DNA from: a virus
Virus record (IMG/VR): IMGVR_UViG_3300042868_011620
Coordinates: 1-64,000 of that record
Length of the DNA stretch: 64,000 nucleotides
Direction: 5' to 3' (one strand)
Part shown: positions 7,345-17,634 of the stretch, piece by piece
Layout of the letters: each line of letters starts with the position of its first letter
Numbering within the stretch: position 1 is the stretch's first letter
The notes under the pieces: generated by a model
Told to the model about the DNA's origin: nothing
Seen by the model: only the letters and a program-made list of their open reading frames with translations
Database searches by the model: none
Translations under genes and position numbers: made by a program

Positions 7345-9628
7345 CAACTTTAATAGAAATCTTTAGGATTTTAGAGTTCTTTAAATAGAATTTTGCTAGG
7401 GGAGCTTCGATTTGATTTCTAATGATTGAGTCAATATTACGAGCATTATTTTCTTTTTTAACAATGCTCGACAAGTGCGCTAGAGTCTTTTTGCAGAAAG
7501 ATAATTCTATCTCCTTTTCCTTTAGAATGCTTTTAATTGAGTTGAGCTTGGTGCTGATAATCTGTTCAAAATGAGAGAGTTCCAAGCTTTTAAACACAAT
7601 GATTTCATTGATTCTAGCCACTAGCTCTGGTCGCAGATATTTTTTTACAGAAGCTAAGAACGAGCTTTCATTAGACACTTTTTGAGAGATGAATCCCACT
7701 TGTTTCTGGATTGCCTCTTCATTGCCAATGTTGCTGGTCATGATGATGATGCATCTGGAAAAATTGATTTTGCGATTAAAGTTATCAGATATACAAGCTT
7801 CGTCCAAAATTTGAAGCAAGAGATCCAAGGTATTTTTGTGGCACTTGTCAACTTCATCAAACAAGATGACAGAATTAGGATTTTTACGAACAAACTCTGT
7901 TAAAATGCCGCCCTCTTCAAATCCAACATACCCAGCGCTAGTTCCAATCAGCTTGGAAATAGAAGTGGTTTCTTGATATTCACTCATGTTTAATTGGAGA
8001 ATATTTTTTGGATTACCATAGAATTTGCAAGCAATCTCTTTGGCCGTGAATGTTTTGCCCACACTAGTTGGTCCCACAAAAAAGAAACTAGCAATAGGCT
8101 TGTTTGGCTTTTGAAATCCAAATTTGGAGCAGCTTAAAACATCATAAATTTTAGAGATGTTTTGTTCTTGACCTAGAATTTTTTTGTTTAAATCAGTTTC
8201 AAAGTTGTGAAAAGCATTGTTGTAGTTTTGCTTCATTGAAGCAACGTCAACATTAATTTTATTAGCTACCACTTCATAGATGCAATCTAGAGACACTTTG
8301 GGAGTTCTAGTTTTTTTGTTTTTAATTTTAGTTTTAGTAGAAGCTTGATCGATGATATCAAAAACTTTATCTGGAAATCTCTTATGCGGCAAGTAAGTTT
8401 CGCATAAATCAATTGTTAAATTCAAAACGTTTTCTGGATATTTAACTTTATGAAATTTTTCATAACTAGGCAGAGCTTTAAATGACATTTCTTTGGTCAT
8501 TAATTTTGAAGGCTCATCAATGTTAATCATATCAAATCTTCTAGCAAGTGCAGCATCTTTTTCAAAAGCTTTTTTATACTCTTCGATGGTTGTTGCTCCA
8601 ATGCATTTAATTTCACCGCGAGCCAAGGCTGGCTTAATCATGTTAGCCACATCTAGAGAGTTTTCTCTATTGCCAGCACCAATCATTGTGTGAATCTCAT
8701 CAATGAAAAGAATGAGTTCTTTGTGAAGTTTTAACTGCTTGATGACTTTTGATAAGCGATCTTCTAATTGACCTCTATATCTAGTGCCAGCAGTTAAGAG
8801 TCCCATGTCGAGACTGTAGATTTTATTGTTTTGAAGCGGTCCAGAGTACTCTTCGGTAGAGATCAACTGGGCGAATCCCTCTACTATGCTTGTTTTGCCA
8901 GTTCCAGCTTCTCCAACTAGAATACAATTGCTTTTTACTTTTCTGCAAAGAGACTGTTCAATTAATGCAATTTCATTGTCTCTGCCAGAAATCTTTGGAA
9001 ACGATGGTTGATTAACTTCATCATTTAAAATGCTGCCAAATTTTTTGAGATAACCATATTCTACATCTCCATAATCATTTTTGACTCCATCTGGAGAATC
9101 ATCTTCTTCATCTTCCCCGTCTTCGTCATCATAATACTCTTCATACTCGCTCTCGTCATCTGCGAAAATATTTCCAGATACGAAAGATTCAATGCAAGTT
9201 TTAAAGTGCTCTGTATCAATGTCTTGAGTTAAAAGAAAGCTGCAAAATTCATCAGGAGTATTGAGTATCCCGTACAATACATGCTCAACTCCAATAAAAT
9301 AATTATTCTTTTTATAAGCAAAGCTCAAAGCTTCGGCTATTGAAGATGTTGTAGAAGGGCTAAAGACTACTTCTTTCTTTTCTGAATCAAACAAATAAGG
9401 ATACTTTACCGCAAATCTAGAAATGAATCTCTCGACTTTTTCATCAGAAAGCTCCACGCCGCGAGAGAAAATATACTCTTTAAAATTCTTATTAGCATTT
9501 TGCCATGCACTGCAAAATAGATAGCAATTATTAACGATATTTTGGCCGCTACTAGAGACTTTTAGTTTAACATTGTTAAACGCTCTTTCAACACTAGGAG
9601 TAAACTTAATATTATTAATGTCCATCAT
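7319..9628 (-). CDS. ClpA/ClpC-like Hsp100 AAA+ ATPase
   Basis: Clp N-domain (IGVEHVLYGI), Walker A GEAGTGKT and GPTSVGKT, Walker B LFIDEIH and LFDEVDK, RRF finger, GYVG pore loop, VGF loop. Confidence 0.9.
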   Translation of the reverse strand: MMDINNIKFTPSVERAFNNVKLKVSSSGQNIVNNCYLFCSAWQNANKNFKEYIFSRGVELSDEKVERFISRFAVKYPYLFDSEKKEVVFSPSTTSSIAEALSFAYKKNNYFIGVEHVLYGILNTPDEFCSFLLTQDIDTEHFKTCIESFVSGNIFADDESEYEEYYDDEDGEDEEDDSPDGVKNDYGDVEYGYLKKFGSILNDEVNQPSFPKISGRDNEIALIEQSLCRKVKSNCILVGEAGTGKTSIVEGFAQLISTEEYSGPLQNNKIYSLDMGLLTAGTRYRGQLEDRLSKVIKQLKLHKELILFIDEIHTMIGAGNRENSLDVANMIKPALARGEIKCIGATTIEEYKKAFEKDAALARRFDMINIDEPSKLMTKEMSFKALPSYEKFHKVKYPENVLNLTIDLCETYLPHKRFPDKVFDIIDQASTKTKIKNKKTRTPKVSLDCIYEVVANKINVDVASMKQNYNNAFHNFETDLNKKILGQEQNISKIYDVLSCSKFGFQKPNKPIASFFFVGPTSVGKTFTAKEIACKFYGNPKNILQLNMSEYQETTSISKLIGTSAGYVGFEEGGILTEFVRKNPNSVILFDEVDKCHKNTLDLLLQILDEACISDNFNRKINFSRCIIIMTSNIGNEEAIQKQVGFISQKVSNESSFLASVKKYLRPELVARINEIIVFKSLELSHFEQIISTKLNSIKSILKEKEIELSFCKKTLAHLSSIVKKENNARNIDSIIRNQIEAPLAKFYLKNSKILKISIKVVDNKLLLS

Positions 9629-9641
9629 AAAATTTTACACT

Positions 9642-12200
9642 TTACTTTACATCAGATAGCTTCATATAAATTTTATCTTCTAAGGGAGAGAGGCTATTGA
9701 TGCTGATGATATCATTGCTTTTTCTTCCAGTCAAGATGATAACTTCTCCTTTTTTGGGAAGAACTTTTCCAGATTGAATGAAATTGGAGTATGTGGCATT
9801 TTGTTGAGAATCCATCATGAGTGCTGTTAAATTGCCCGATTCATCAGACATTTCTAGTCTAGCATATTTGTTTCCTCTAGCGCTAGTTCTAGAGATGACA
9901 TCGCTCACAGTTCCGACAAATTTAATTTTTTCATTGTTTCCAAGCTCAGAAATTCCACTAGAAGAAATCAATGTTTCTCCAGAGTTTTCAGTGAAAACTT
10001 CTCTAATGTTTGTAGAGTGACTGTAGCCCAGCAACTTAGTTTCAAAATACCAATTAGCGAATTTTAAGTGCTTGTGATTTTTTTCATAAATTACTTTGTA
10101 TGGTTCGTATTTTGATTTAAAAGTGACAAATCTTTTTTCAGAAAAGATTAATTTATTATTGTCATCTACAAGTGATTGAGTTGTGCATTCGTGAATGCAC
10201 TTCAAAACATCATAGTTAAAGCGCTCTCCAAGAGCTATCACGCTACGCTTCTCCTTGTCGGTGAGTAGGTTGAACGCCTGTGCCTCTAGGACAAGCCTAC
10301 AGCGATCTTTATTCAAGAAGTGATCAAGCACCCCAGCTTGAATCAAAGCGGATAAGACGCCAATATTAAGCCCCGCTTGCTTGGCAGCTAAAAAGACCTC
10401 GTACTTGTTCTTGAACTGCCCTTCGCGAAACTCAATCAAACTCTCTAACGATTTAGTAGACACTCCTTTGATAGAGTTTAATCCGTAACGAATATCCTTA
10501 CCTTGAATTGTAAAATCAATTTCAGACTGAGCCAAATCTGGAGCTAAAAGCTTGATGTCGAATAATGGAAGCTCTTGTGTGATTTTCGAGATTTCTTCAT
10601 GAGGATTAGGTTCAAATTGAGCATACTTTAAAAGACTCAAATAAAACTGTTGTGGATAATTGAATTTTAAATAGATTGTAATGGCTGCAAGATTTGCATA
10701 ACTGAGTGAGTGACTCTTATTAAAAGAGTAGTTTGCAGAGTCTTCAGCCACCTTCCACAAAGTGTCACCAACGCTTGGATCAAGATCATGCTCTACAATT
10801 TTAGCAGCGATCTTATCTTTCCAAGTTGCCATTTGATCAACTTTCTTTTTGCCAACAATTCTTCTAAGTTGTTCAGCTTCGTCTAGGCTGAATCCAATTT
10901 TAGTTGCCATTTTCATCAACTGTTCTTGATACAAAGGAATCCCTCCAGTGTAACTGAGCACATCATCAAAAAATGGATGAATAGATTGAAACTGTCCAGT
11001 GCGAGAGTAATCTGCATAACGATCAACAAAGTCTAAAGCTCCAGGTCGAGCCAAGGCTACCACCGCAGAGAGTTCTTGCAGATTTTTCGGAGCTACTTTT
11101 TGAGCTACTCTAAAATTAGTATCAGCTTCAATTTGAAACAATCCCTTGGGACTTTTCAAGATTTGCATTGCTGCATAAATGCTAGGATCTTCAACATTAA
11201 TGTCGTCCACGTTAATTCCAATCATAGAACAAACATCATGAATCACCGACAGAGTTCTGAGTCCTAAGATGTCGAATTTGACAGTTAATGCTGAGACGCT
11301 GTTCATGTCGTATCCAGATACAATGGCATCTTCGCCAGTCTTTTGGATTGGCATAATATCTGGAAGATTATAAAAACTAATCGCAATCCCTGAAGGATGA
11401 ACTCCAGTATTTTTATTTAAGCCTTCTAGTTTATTAGCAATGGTATATACTTTTTTGTGTGATAATGCAAAAGCTTTAAAAACTTCGCTCTCTTCAAAAG
11501 CATCTTTTAGCTTGAGAACTTTGCCGAATTTTTTAGGAATAGAATCGCTAATAATGTTCACCTCTGTTTCAGACATCTCAGCAACAATTTTCCCGCACTC
11601 TTTAACACAGAGCTTGCCGCTCAAAGTGTTCATCGTGAGAATTTTAGAAGTTTTTCCTTTATATTTATTATTAATATATTCTATCACTTCATTTCTGCGC
11701 TCATAGCTAATGTCATTATCAATGTCTGCGAGAAGAGATCCGTCGAGATAAATCTCCCCTTCGCTTTCAATGATTTTAGCTCTGCTTTTAGAAACAAATC
11801 GCTCAAAAAAGAGATCGTATTTGATTGGATCAATGTTTGTAACTGAGATGCAATATAAGACTAAACTGCCAGGAGCACTTCCGCGCCCCGCACCCACTGG
11901 GATTTTATTCTCATGACAATAGTTGATAACATCCCAATTTAAAAGAATATAATCAATAAATCCTAATTCGTTTAGGATTGACAGTTCCATGGTTAATCTT
12001 TCATAGTAAACTTGCTTGTTTGGAAGCTCGTCAATTTTTCTTTTCTTAACGCCTTCAAAGCACAACTTGCGCAAAAAGTTAAAATTAGAAATGCTTGATT
12101 GGCATCCAAGAAGATCGTAGTATTTTTGATCTACACGAATTTCTGGAAGTTTAACTCCCGCTGGAAATGGACTTTTGTAAGGAGAAAAACTAGTAATCAT
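9642..12200 (-). CDS. dnaE: DNA polymerase III alpha catalytic core lacking the N-terminal PHP domain
   Basis: GAGRGSAPGSLV, DIDND catalytic motif, GVHPSG, KFDILGL, YSFNKSH, C-terminal OB fold. Confidence 0.92.
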   Translation of the reverse strand: MITSFSPYKSPFPAGVKLPEIRVDQKYYDLLGCQSSISNFNFLRKLCFEGVKKRKIDELPNKQVYYERLTMELSILNELGFIDYILLNWDVINYCHENKIPVGAGRGSAPGSLVLYCISVTNIDPIKYDLFFERFVSKSRAKIIESEGEIYLDGSLLADIDNDISYERRNEVIEYINNKYKGKTSKILTMNTLSGKLCVKECGKIVAEMSETEVNIISDSIPKKFGKVLKLKDAFEESEVFKAFALSHKKVYTIANKLEGLNKNTGVHPSGIAISFYNLPDIMPIQKTGEDAIVSGYDMNSVSALTVKFDILGLRTLSVIHDVCSMIGINVDDINVEDPSIYAAMQILKSPKGLFQIEADTNFRVAQKVAPKNLQELSAVVALARPGALDFVDRYADYSRTGQFQSIHPFFDDVLSYTGGIPLYQEQLMKMATKIGFSLDEAEQLRRIVGKKKVDQMATWKDKIAAKIVEHDLDPSVGDTLWKVAEDSANYSFNKSHSLSYANLAAITIYLKFNYPQQFYLSLLKYAQFEPNPHEEISKITQELPLFDIKLLAPDLAQSEIDFTIQGKDIRYGLNSIKGVSTKSLESLIEFREGQFKNKYEVFLAAKQAGLNIGVLSALIQAGVLDHFLNKDRCRLVLEAQAFNLLTDKEKRSVIALGERFNYDVLKCIHECTTQSLVDDNNKLIFSEKRFVTFKSKYEPYKVIYEKNHKHLKFANWYFETKLLGYSHSTNIREVFTENSGETLISSSGISELGNNEKIKFVGTVSDVISRTSARGNKYARLEMSDESGNLTALMMDSQQNATYSNFIQSGKVLPKKGEVIILTGRKSNDIISINSLSPLEDKIYMKLSDVK

Positions 12201-12829
12201 ATTTCAATGTCGTAAATTTGTTTGAGGAAAATATCAAAGTTCATTTCAATATCGTACAAGGCATCGTGCAACTTGCCCTGATCAAATGGAATACCATAAT
12301 GCTTGAGCAAGGTCAACTGGGATGTTTTAAGACCCTTCTCTTTAACATGAAGAAGCTTGTACTGCCAACTAGTAAAGTTATTCTTGTCGGGCCAAATGTT
12401 TTTAAAGATTGCAGCAGCAATTGATTTAGTGTCAATGATTCGATCAATGAAAGAGTAGTCGGATTTTAATCCCATTTCTTTTCTCCAAATATTAATCATA
12501 TAAACATCAAAGCCTAGAAGATTCTGCCCGATTATTTTATACTCTGGATTGTAAAGATAAGGTTTTAACTTATTAAAAACTTCCATGGGATCTTCGGCGA
12601 GCCTTTCGTATTTCTCCATGGAGAATCCAGTCACTTTAGCAGCACCTTCGGAGACTGTTAGATTTGGCCACTTGATAAAGTGGCTGTGCTTGGATTTGAT
12701 TTGTTTGCCTTCTGCAACAATCCAAGCAACTTGCCATGGTCTAGACTTTACTAGATTAAGCCCCTCTGTCTCAGTGTCGAGCACTATGTATTTCTGAGAA
12801 TTATTAAAGCGAAGTAGATTATCGTTCAT
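12197..12829 (-). CDS. DEDDh 3'-5' exonuclease (epsilon/DnaQ-like)
   Basis: LDTETEG (ExoI), QNLLGFD (ExoII), HDALYD (ExoIII). Confidence 0.88.
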   Translation of the reverse strand: MNDNLLRFNNSQKYIVLDTETEGLNLVKSRPWQVAWIVAEGKQIKSKHSHFIKWPNLTVSEGAAKVTGFSMEKYERLAEDPMEVFNKLKPYLYNPEYKIIGQNLLGFDVYMINIWRKEMGLKSDYSFIDRIIDTKSIAAAIFKNIWPDKNNFTSWQYKLLHVKEKGLKTSQLTLLKHYGIPFDQGKLHDALYDIEMNFDIFLKQIYDIEI

Positions 12830-13571
12830 TAGTTTGTTCTAGATAAGATTCCCAGCAAAATTCATCACTTCCAAAGTGATTGAGATTAGGAGAGGATAGT
12901 GTAGCTTGACGACCAAAGGTTCGATTGCAAATAATTTTATAAGTTTGAAAAGCTTCTACATCACACTTATCTTTATAATAAATAGATTTAGTTTTTTGCA
13001 CTTCAAACTTTTTCCCGTTTTCAGTAAATTTCAAAACTTCTCTTTCCAAAGCCTCATCGAATGGAAGATTATTAGACTCTATAAAAAAGACTGGATTGAT
13101 ATCTCCAAACTCTTGAATGCAGCTTTGAAAGTAAAAATTATTCTGATGAATGAATGAATCATAGAATGGAACAGCTAACTTTAAGTTGTCTGTCCATGCT
13201 AATTGTAGTTGTTCATGAGTGATTCTACCATTGAAATCAACATAAATTTTAGAGTAAAGACTATACAAATCTTTGCATCCTTGATCATTTTTAGCAAAAA
13301 CAATTAGTTTGTGAGTTGATGCTGCATTATCAAGCTGATCACAGCATGTGATTCTCAATCCAAAAATCAATTGAATGCCAAGAGCTTGACTGATTCTAAA
13401 TGAGTCGAAAAATCCAACCATGGAATCTTCCACAAGAGTAACTGTTTTTAAATCATTCTCAACAGCAATGGAGAAAATGCTATCTGGTCCGTTCTCATGA
13501 CAATTATTAGGATCATTTAGAGTTAGGATACTGCGTCCAATAGAACAGCTTGATTTGAAGAGAGCGAGCAT
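12819..13571 (-). CDS. Stand-alone degenerate PHP domain of Pol III alpha
   Basis: SIGRSIL, TLVED...GF, QLIFGLRI, HKLIVFAKNDQGCKDL match the DnaE PHP pattern, but the HxH/H/D metal ligands are missing. Confidence 0.75.
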   Translation of the reverse strand: MLALFKSSCSIGRSILTLNDPNNCHENGPDSIFSIAVENDLKTVTLVEDSMVGFFDSFRISQALGIQLIFGLRITCCDQLDNAASTHKLIVFAKNDQGCKDLYSLYSKIYVDFNGRITHEQLQLAWTDNLKLAVPFYDSFIHQNNFYFQSCIQEFGDINPVFFIESNNLPFDEALEREVLKFTENGKKFEVQKTKSIYYKDKCDVEAFQTYKIICNRTFGRQATLSSPNLNHFGSDEFCWESYLEQTNER

Positions 13572-13576
13572 CTTCT

Positions 13577-13604
13577 ATGATACTGAACCTTGAGAACAAG
13601 TCAA
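13577..13604 (-). promoter_or_regulatory. Sigma70-like promoter TTGACT-16-TATCAT
   Basis: Ends 5 nt before ATG 13571. Confidence 0.6.
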
Positions 13605-14641
13605 GAGCGTTTTGTGTAGCGAGGACAACCCGCATAGTATCTCTTCTCGAAAGAATGGTCGCTCTCCACTAGAGATTCATCAAAGTCTTTTTCAAAAAAT
13701 GATTTAGTAACTTTTCCATCTTTTAAAATGACATAATAATCAAAGTCAAACTTCATAGAACAAGCCCACTTGGGTTTTCCATCTTTTTTTAGTTCTCCTT
13801 TGTATTTGGCAAATCCACATTGCAGTGGACCGCTAAAAGACTTGTCTGTTGGAAATGGAGCGTCTCCTGCAAAATTAGATTTAGCATCAATTTCGGAGAG
13901 TTCATCTATGTATTTTTGAATTGAAGTTAATTGATGCTCGAATCCATCCAAATCATCTTCATTGATTCTTTCCATTACTACCGCACCATCAGATTTTTGA
14001 AGAAGCTTTTGATCTAGTTCAAACTTCAAAAAAAGAAATTCGCTAACTCTTTTTTTGAATTCTGGAAACATGTGGCGAACTGCAAGATTGTACATGTAAT
14101 CCTGCAAGTTATCAGAGATTTCTTTTCCCTTAAACTTTTCTTTGCTAGTTTTAAAGTCTCGAATAATTGCTAAATTTTCGTCTTTGTATAAAAATAATTT
14201 ATCAATAAATCCTTTGATCTTGTAAGAGATTCCAACTTTTTCATCTTGACGAACAATTTCAAAGTCTTTCTCTGAAAAAGATTCTGAAATCAATCCATTA
14301 GCTCTGCCGTAGAAATCATACTTGAGTCCATTCAGAATCATGATTCTGATAGACTCCAAGTTTTCCTCGTCAGCAACTTCTAATTTTAAAGCATGTTTTA
14401 ATACTAATCGTTTAACTGCGCTATGAGAAAAAGGATCATTATTATCTATAATATATTGATGAATTGATTCTCTTCTTGGTTTGCCTAGAAGCTCAAAAAC
14501 GAAGTGGCACACAGTACCGCGTTTCGCGCCATCATTAGATGGATCTGGAAGATTTAATTTATACTTGCACCAATACAACCAGCTGCAACTTTGAAGAGTT
14601 TTGATTCTGCTTGCGGATAATGTAGTTTTAGGTTCAGTCAT
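13601..14641 (-). CDS. PD-(D/E)XK nuclease (RecB/AddB/Cas4-like exonuclease)
   Basis: LSASRIKTLQSC, RGTVCH, GFIDKL, IRDFKTS, Q..MY, C-terminal cysteines. Confidence 0.85.
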   Translation of the reverse strand: MTEPKTTLSASRIKTLQSCSWLYWCKYKLNLPDPSNDGAKRGTVCHFVFELLGKPRRESIHQYIIDNNDPFSHSAVKRLVLKHALKLEVADEENLESIRIMILNGLKYDFYGRANGLISESFSEKDFEIVRQDEKVGISYKIKGFIDKLFLYKDENLAIIRDFKTSKEKFKGKEISDNLQDYMYNLAVRHMFPEFKKRVSEFLFLKFELDQKLLQKSDGAVVMERINEDDLDGFEHQLTSIQKYIDELSEIDAKSNFAGDAPFPTDKSFSGPLQCGFAKYKGELKKDGKPKWACSMKFDFDYYVILKDGKVTKSFFEKDFDESLVESDHSFEKRYYAGCPRYTKRS

Positions 14642-15707
14642 AATGGTTCAAAATTTTCATCAAAGACTCTACATCTTTTTGTTTAAAGATTGTTTTATGA
14701 TTGTGAACGTAGTATTTTAAATTCTCAATATACTTTTTACGATCTATTTCTTGATTGAGCCAAGACTGCAAATTATACTTGTCTTGATGAGCATCTGAAA
14801 AATCATTGTATGATTGTGGAGGAAGGCGAATTTCAATCTGATCAAAGTTAAAGTACTTGATCAAGGAGAGTAGAATCTTAATAGCTCCATTGTATCCATG
14901 ATTGATGGATGATTCAAAGTCGTTGTTTGTTGATATAATTATTTTCTTTAGTTGGAAAGAATTTAAATAACTAATAATTGCGGGACTCACTCCTAGTCCA
15001 AAAGTTACAATGTTGTTGGGAATGTTGTTTTCATAAAGAGCCATGCTGTCTCCAATGCTCTCTACTAATATCACTTCTTCTTTTTCTTTTATCCAAGAAT
15101 CTACTGTTTTGACTGCGGGAATGTGTGCTGGATAAATCCAGTTTTTTCTTTGTCCCAAGTGCTTCCATTTTGGAATCTTTTCAAAGTTATCAATTTTTCT
15201 ACCACTGAATCCAATGATTTGAGAGTTCTCGTTATAAATTGGAAACACCATGCGGCGATACATTTTGCCCTCGCCAGCAAATCCAGTTTTATAAAATTTA
15301 AGAGTTGATTCTTTATAGTTCTTCTTGGTATAAAAAGAGTAATTAGGAAATAGCTTCTCTAATATTGAGTCTGGGTAGATTCGTTCCATTTCGATTAATT
15401 GTTTAGGCTCATAAAAAAAGTCTTCTGATTTATTTAAAGAATCAAGAATCTTGTTAAGTTTTTTCTTGTCTCCAGAGACTGTTAATTGTAGCAGTTTTTC
15501 TAGTGGAAAAGATTGAGAACCAGATACAAAATCTGTCCACACTCCAGTGTTTTTATAGATTCTAATAGAAGTGGAATTGTCTCCACCTCTATAAAGAGCG
15601 CTGGTTCTCCAGTGATTTCCAAAATCCATTAGCTTGTAGCCAACAGATTCTAGAGTACTTTTGATCTGATTGGGATCAACGGAAACTTGGCAAGTCGTCA
15701 TCTTCAT
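14634..15707 (-). CDS. dnaG: DnaG-type primase
   Basis: RMVFPI, IIGFSGRK, PKWKH, LVESIGD TOPRIM; N-terminal ZBD-like region without Cys ligands. Confidence 0.82.
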   Translation of the reverse strand: MKMTTCQVSVDPNQIKSTLESVGYKLMDFGNHWRTSALYRGGDNSTSIRIYKNTGVWTDFVSGSQSFPLEKLLQLTVSGDKKKLNKILDSLNKSEDFFYEPKQLIEMERIYPDSILEKLFPNYSFYTKKNYKESTLKFYKTGFAGEGKMYRRMVFPIYNENSQIIGFSGRKIDNFEKIPKWKHLGQRKNWIYPAHIPAVKTVDSWIKEKEEVILVESIGDSMALYENNIPNNIVTFGLGVSPAIISYLNSFQLKKIIISTNNDFESSINHGYNGAIKILLSLIKYFNFDQIEIRLPPQSYNDFSDAHQDKYNLQSWLNQEIDRKKYIENLKYYVHNHKTIFKQKDVESLMKILNHYD

Positions 15708-17184
15708 CGGTTTCTAGTTCTCCATTTGTATCCATTGAGTTAGCGATGTCACGAAGATCACCCCGTTCGCTAATGGAGAAGTTTTTAAAATCTAAATTGA
15801 TGAAGTTCTTTCTAAGAGTATCTCCAATTCTAATAGGCTCAACTGCTCCAGCAATATCTTGACCAAGATGTCGAGCTTTCACATTGATGAGTTTATGAGT
15901 TCCAAAGTTGCGACCTTCGGACTCAATTTCATCAGCAGTTTTGTTTCTAAGAATAAACATGTGAGAGCAGAACTGAGTAATTCGATCAGAAAGAGAAACT
16001 ACACTTTCGTCATCAATAACATTTGACGAGTTTCTGTTGTTTGTAATTCCACTTCGGTTAGACTGAACTGATGTAATCATTGGAATGATAGGATTTCCAT
16101 CATGCAAGATTTCTTTCTGGACGCACTTTTTAAACTTGTCTACCATCTCACCAACAACTTGCCACTCATTCTTTCCACCCCCAGATTCAGAAGTGGTTTT
16201 GATGTAGTCGAATGAAAAAATCATTCGATTGCCACGACCAACTTTTCCATAATAAAAACGCTTGAGAGTTTTAATCATAGAGTCAACATCCATGCCGCCA
16301 ACATTGTAGTAATAGAATTGGAGATTTTTAATTTGACTCCACACTGATCTAATTTTGTCAACTACATCTTGTCCAGCTTTACGCCAGTTTCCAGTTTCAA
16401 TCAAATGCATGGGAACTCCAGAGAGTGCAGCACATTGTCGCATGATGAGTTCTTCTTTACTCATTTCTCCATTGTCGAAATGTAATACTGGGATGCCATA
16501 CTTGACGGCAACCTTGGTGCTGTAATCCATGCAAAATTGAGTTTTACCAACACCACTTCTAGCAACGATCACAGTGATATTCCCAGGGCGAAGAAGAGAT
16601 CCATAGATTTGATTTACTTTTTTATGCGGACCCATCATGCCGAATTCGACAACTGGATTGTTTCCTCTCTCCTCAACGAGAGCTTCCATCTCTTCGTAAA
16701 TATTTTCTGGAGTATCGTTTCCTAATTCATACAAATTAATGCGAGAATTATAAATTTGATCTGCTTGGGAAATGATGTCTGTGTAAGTAGAATCAGGACT
16801 TATGCCCTTCATTTTCTTAGCGACCTCGCGAGCAGACTCGTAGATTTCTCTACGCACTGTGTATTTTTTTAACTCCTTAGCTGTTTTAATCAGGTTTCCC
16901 TTGGGAACTTTTCTCATTCCTAAAGACCGAATATAATCAGATGGATTAACATTATCCTCAAAAGATAATCCTAGAGAATTTACTCTTTGAGCAATGATAA
17001 CCTCATCCACCCCTTCGCTCTTATCAATAGCTTGCTTGATAATTGAAAAGATTGAAGAGTGTAAATTGGTATTGTCAGAGTAAAAATCTCTAGAGTTAAT
17101 AAAATTAGAAATCTCACAATAATCATCTGGCTCTTTGATTAAAGCTGCAAGCAACTGTTTTTCTAATTCATAATCGTAGATCAT
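15676..17184 (-). CDS. dnaB: Replicative DnaB-like helicase
   Basis: ELEKQLLAALI N-domain, ARSGVGKT Walker A, GEMSKEEL, FDYI, QSNR, KARH. Confidence 0.9.
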   Translation of the reverse strand: MIYDYELEKQLLAALIKEPDDYCEISNFINSRDFYSDNTNLHSSIFSIIKQAIDKSEGVDEVIIAQRVNSLGLSFEDNVNPSDYIRSLGMRKVPKGNLIKTAKELKKYTVRREIYESAREVAKKMKGISPDSTYTDIISQADQIYNSRINLYELGNDTPENIYEEMEALVEERGNNPVVEFGMMGPHKKVNQIYGSLLRPGNITVIVARSGVGKTQFCMDYSTKVAVKYGIPVLHFDNGEMSKEELIMRQCAALSGVPMHLIETGNWRKAGQDVVDKIRSVWSQIKNLQFYYYNVGGMDVDSMIKTLKRFYYGKVGRGNRMIFSFDYIKTTSESGGGKNEWQVVGEMVDKFKKCVQKEILHDGNPIIPMITSVQSNRSGITNNRNSSNVIDDESVVSLSDRITQFCSHMFILRNKTADEIESEGRNFGTHKLINVKARHLGQDIAGAVEPIRIGDTLRKNFINLDFKNFSISERGDLRDIANSMDTNGELETDEDDDLPSFR

Positions 17185-17189
17185 ATATG

Positions 17190-17218
17190 TGTATAAGCGA
17201 GACTAGTAGTTTTGTCAA
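17190..17218 (-). promoter_or_regulatory. Sigma70-like promoter TTGACA-17-TATACA
   Basis: In the intergenic gap, 5 nt before dnaB ATG; the -10 is imperfect. Confidence 0.5.
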
Positions 17219-17226
17219 TGGCGGAT

Positions 17227-17634
17227 TTATAGTTCAACTCCAAAATTCAAGAATAGCTCCCGATTGAGAACGTCTTTGGGATAAATTTCTATTAAAACTA
17301 TTTCGTTGACTTCGCAAAACTTTAACTTTTTGTCATCTCTTTTTAATTGTTTTAAGTATTGCAGTTTATTCCTGTGAAAGAATTTAACATATTGAGTGTG
17401 CTGTAAACCTTGCACTTCAACAGCAACTTTTTTATTATAGTTGTAAAAGTCTAAAGACAAAGCTGTTCCAACAACGCGCATCTCTTCAAAAACTTTATCA
17501 CCCTCCCAATAAGATTTTAAAAAGTTTTTAACAGTTGTTTGGAATTTGCTGCGACTATCAACTTCCCAATTAATAGCATATTTCTTAGAATTTTTTAAAA
17601 ACGATGGATTACCATTGATATTTTTAAACTTCAT
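17227..17634 (-). CDS. Vsr/DUF559-like PD-(D/E)XK endonuclease
   Basis: LSLDFY...VAVEVQGLQH...RDDKKLKFC...LIEI; likely start MKFKN at 17634. Confidence 0.75.
   Translation of the reverse strand: MKFKNINGNPSFLKNSKKYAINWEVDSRSKFQTTVKNFLKSYWEGDKVFEEMRVVGTALSLDFYNYNKKVAVEVQGLQHTQYVKFFHRNKLQYLKQLKRDDKKLKFCEVNEIVLIEIYPKDVLNRELFLNFGVEL

Noticed and set aside
12197-12829. Split-intein trans-splicing of DnaE as in cyanobacteria
   Set aside because: No Hint-domain motifs at the ends of the PHP, exonuclease or core genes.
13601-14641. Cas4-like nuclease as part of a CRISPR system
   Set aside because: It sits among replication genes with no array or other cas genes; solo PD-(D/E)XK exonucleases are common in phages.
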